NCBI RefSeq assembly: GCF_018977255.1
Contig: NW_024704742.1
Location: forward strand, 13,208,001 to 13,272,000
Origin: Callorhinchus milii
Lineage: Eukaryota
Direction: 5' to 3'
DNA: 64,000 bases
Shown here: positions 62,760 through 64,000 of the stretch, in pieces
Position numbering within the stretch: the stretch's first letter is position 1
Layout of the letters: each line of letters begins with the position of its first letter
Translations under genes and position numbers: made by a program
Notes under the pieces: generated by a model
Databases searched by the model: none
Told to the model about the DNA's origin: nothing
What the model saw: only the letters and a program-made list of their open reading frames with translations

Positions 62760-64000
62760 TGGATGTTGATCACATCCTAAACAGGCGTCTGCTGTATTAT
62801 TACCTTTTGCATGAGGTATGTTGTTTGTGTGTGCCTTGACTTTTTGAGTTGCAATTTGAGACTTATAAGGTAAAGCAATTTTAATAATAGCTTGCAGTAA
62901 TTTTCCAGAGGGAGCGGTTTCCAGTCTGCCAATACAAACCCCCTCACCTTCCATTATTGGCAGATACTCTATAAGTAAATTACATGCATACATGGAATAC
63001 GAATAGATAGTAATTGGTAATGGATACATGTCGATGTTTCATAAAACATATGCAATTATTATTATTGTTATTATTATTAATTGCAGCTAATTCTGCCCCC
63101 TGTACTGCTCAGTGATCAGGTAAAGAAATTTTTACTTTTAAATCCATTTGTGGAACATAAATTCCAAATCCGGTTTGCCTCATCCCCTCAACTACTGAAT
63201 TAGATCCATTGACAGACAGTAGTGGATTGTGGAATTTCAATCGCTTTGAATGGACCCTTCAGATAAATTGGGCCACTTATACCACAATAACGAGTATCCT
63301 CTTCATAGAGTAACTTGTTAGCCAAAAATGGCGGAGAATTGAAATGTTTTATCGTAATGTCTCGTTTTTGTAACAATAAAGTCCATCGAGCCATACGGAC
63401 ATTTGATACCATCTAAAAGTAATTCTGTTGGGGTATAATTGGTTAACAAAAGCATAGGTGATAAACCAACAATGTTAAAACATTGATTAAAAAACTGATA
63501 AAGAGTTAAAACAACAGTGATAAAACAAAATGTTGCACAGCCCAAAATGTTTTTCACATTTTGAAAAAATTAGTTCTACAGGAGTCAATACTCTGGATGC
63601 AGAGTAATGCAGAGACACAGTTTACTATGCTTGTGCTGTAATAAAACTGCTGAAATAACTAAATCTGGGGCTGCTACTTCCAAATAAAAAGGTTCCCTTT
63701 CTGGAACTTGTAAAGCAGGAGCTGACACTAAAACTTGTTTTAACTTTTGTGCTGCTCAGTACAGGCTGGCGTCCAATTCCATTCAGCATGTTATTGTAAT
63801 AAAGCATAAAGGGGAGCACTGAGTGTAGCAAAATCTTCAATAAAAACCCTGCAATCCCCTACCAATCCTAAAAAAGATCTCAATGATGGGACAGAAGTTG
63901 GCCAGGGTAAGAGCTTAATGGTCTTCATTTTATCTTCATCAGGTACGAACATCTTTACCAATTTGGATCCTAAAAATGATGCATTCTCTTTAGCAATCTG
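62760..64000 (-). pseudogene. Retrovirus-like pol fragment: RT thumb, tether (degenerate RNase H), then RNase H
   Basis: Hand translation: LRSF/LGLVGDCRVFIEDFATLSAPLY; SAPAL..P...FYLEVA...SAVLLQ...ASRVL...CEKH..WAVQHF; VSNVRMARWTLLLQ; VNGS...TGFGIY...AELAAI; IYSYSMY; KVKAH...GNNTADA. Runs off the window end. Confidence 0.8.

Overview
Eukaryotic genomic DNA from a vertebrate, probably a cartilaginous fish or chimaera judging from the L2/CR1/tRNA-SINE landscape (inference). The one intact gene is YTHDC1, the nuclear m6A reader, on the minus strand. It has 17 coding exons from ATG 56066 to TAA 20978, all introns GT-AG and phase-compatible, giving a 2196-nt CDS (731 aa), with a CpG-island promoter at about 55.85-56.3 kb. 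The left 18.5 kb is a deeply nested transposon graveyard: a decayed Helitron Rep-helicase preceded by composite satellite modules, an LTR plus env-like retroviral remnant, a CR1 LINE interrupted by a hAT transposon, and L2 LINEs and SINEs. The right end holds a CR1, an L2 and a second retrovirus-like element with tether plus RNase H pol. The best leads are a sense-strand GGACU cluster in the TE-free 5' half of YTHDC1 intron 11 (candidate m6A autoregulatory module), lokiretrovirus-like remnants, and the satellite-bearing Helitron. TE coordinates are approximate, and all protein matches are recalled from family knowledge, not from database searches.
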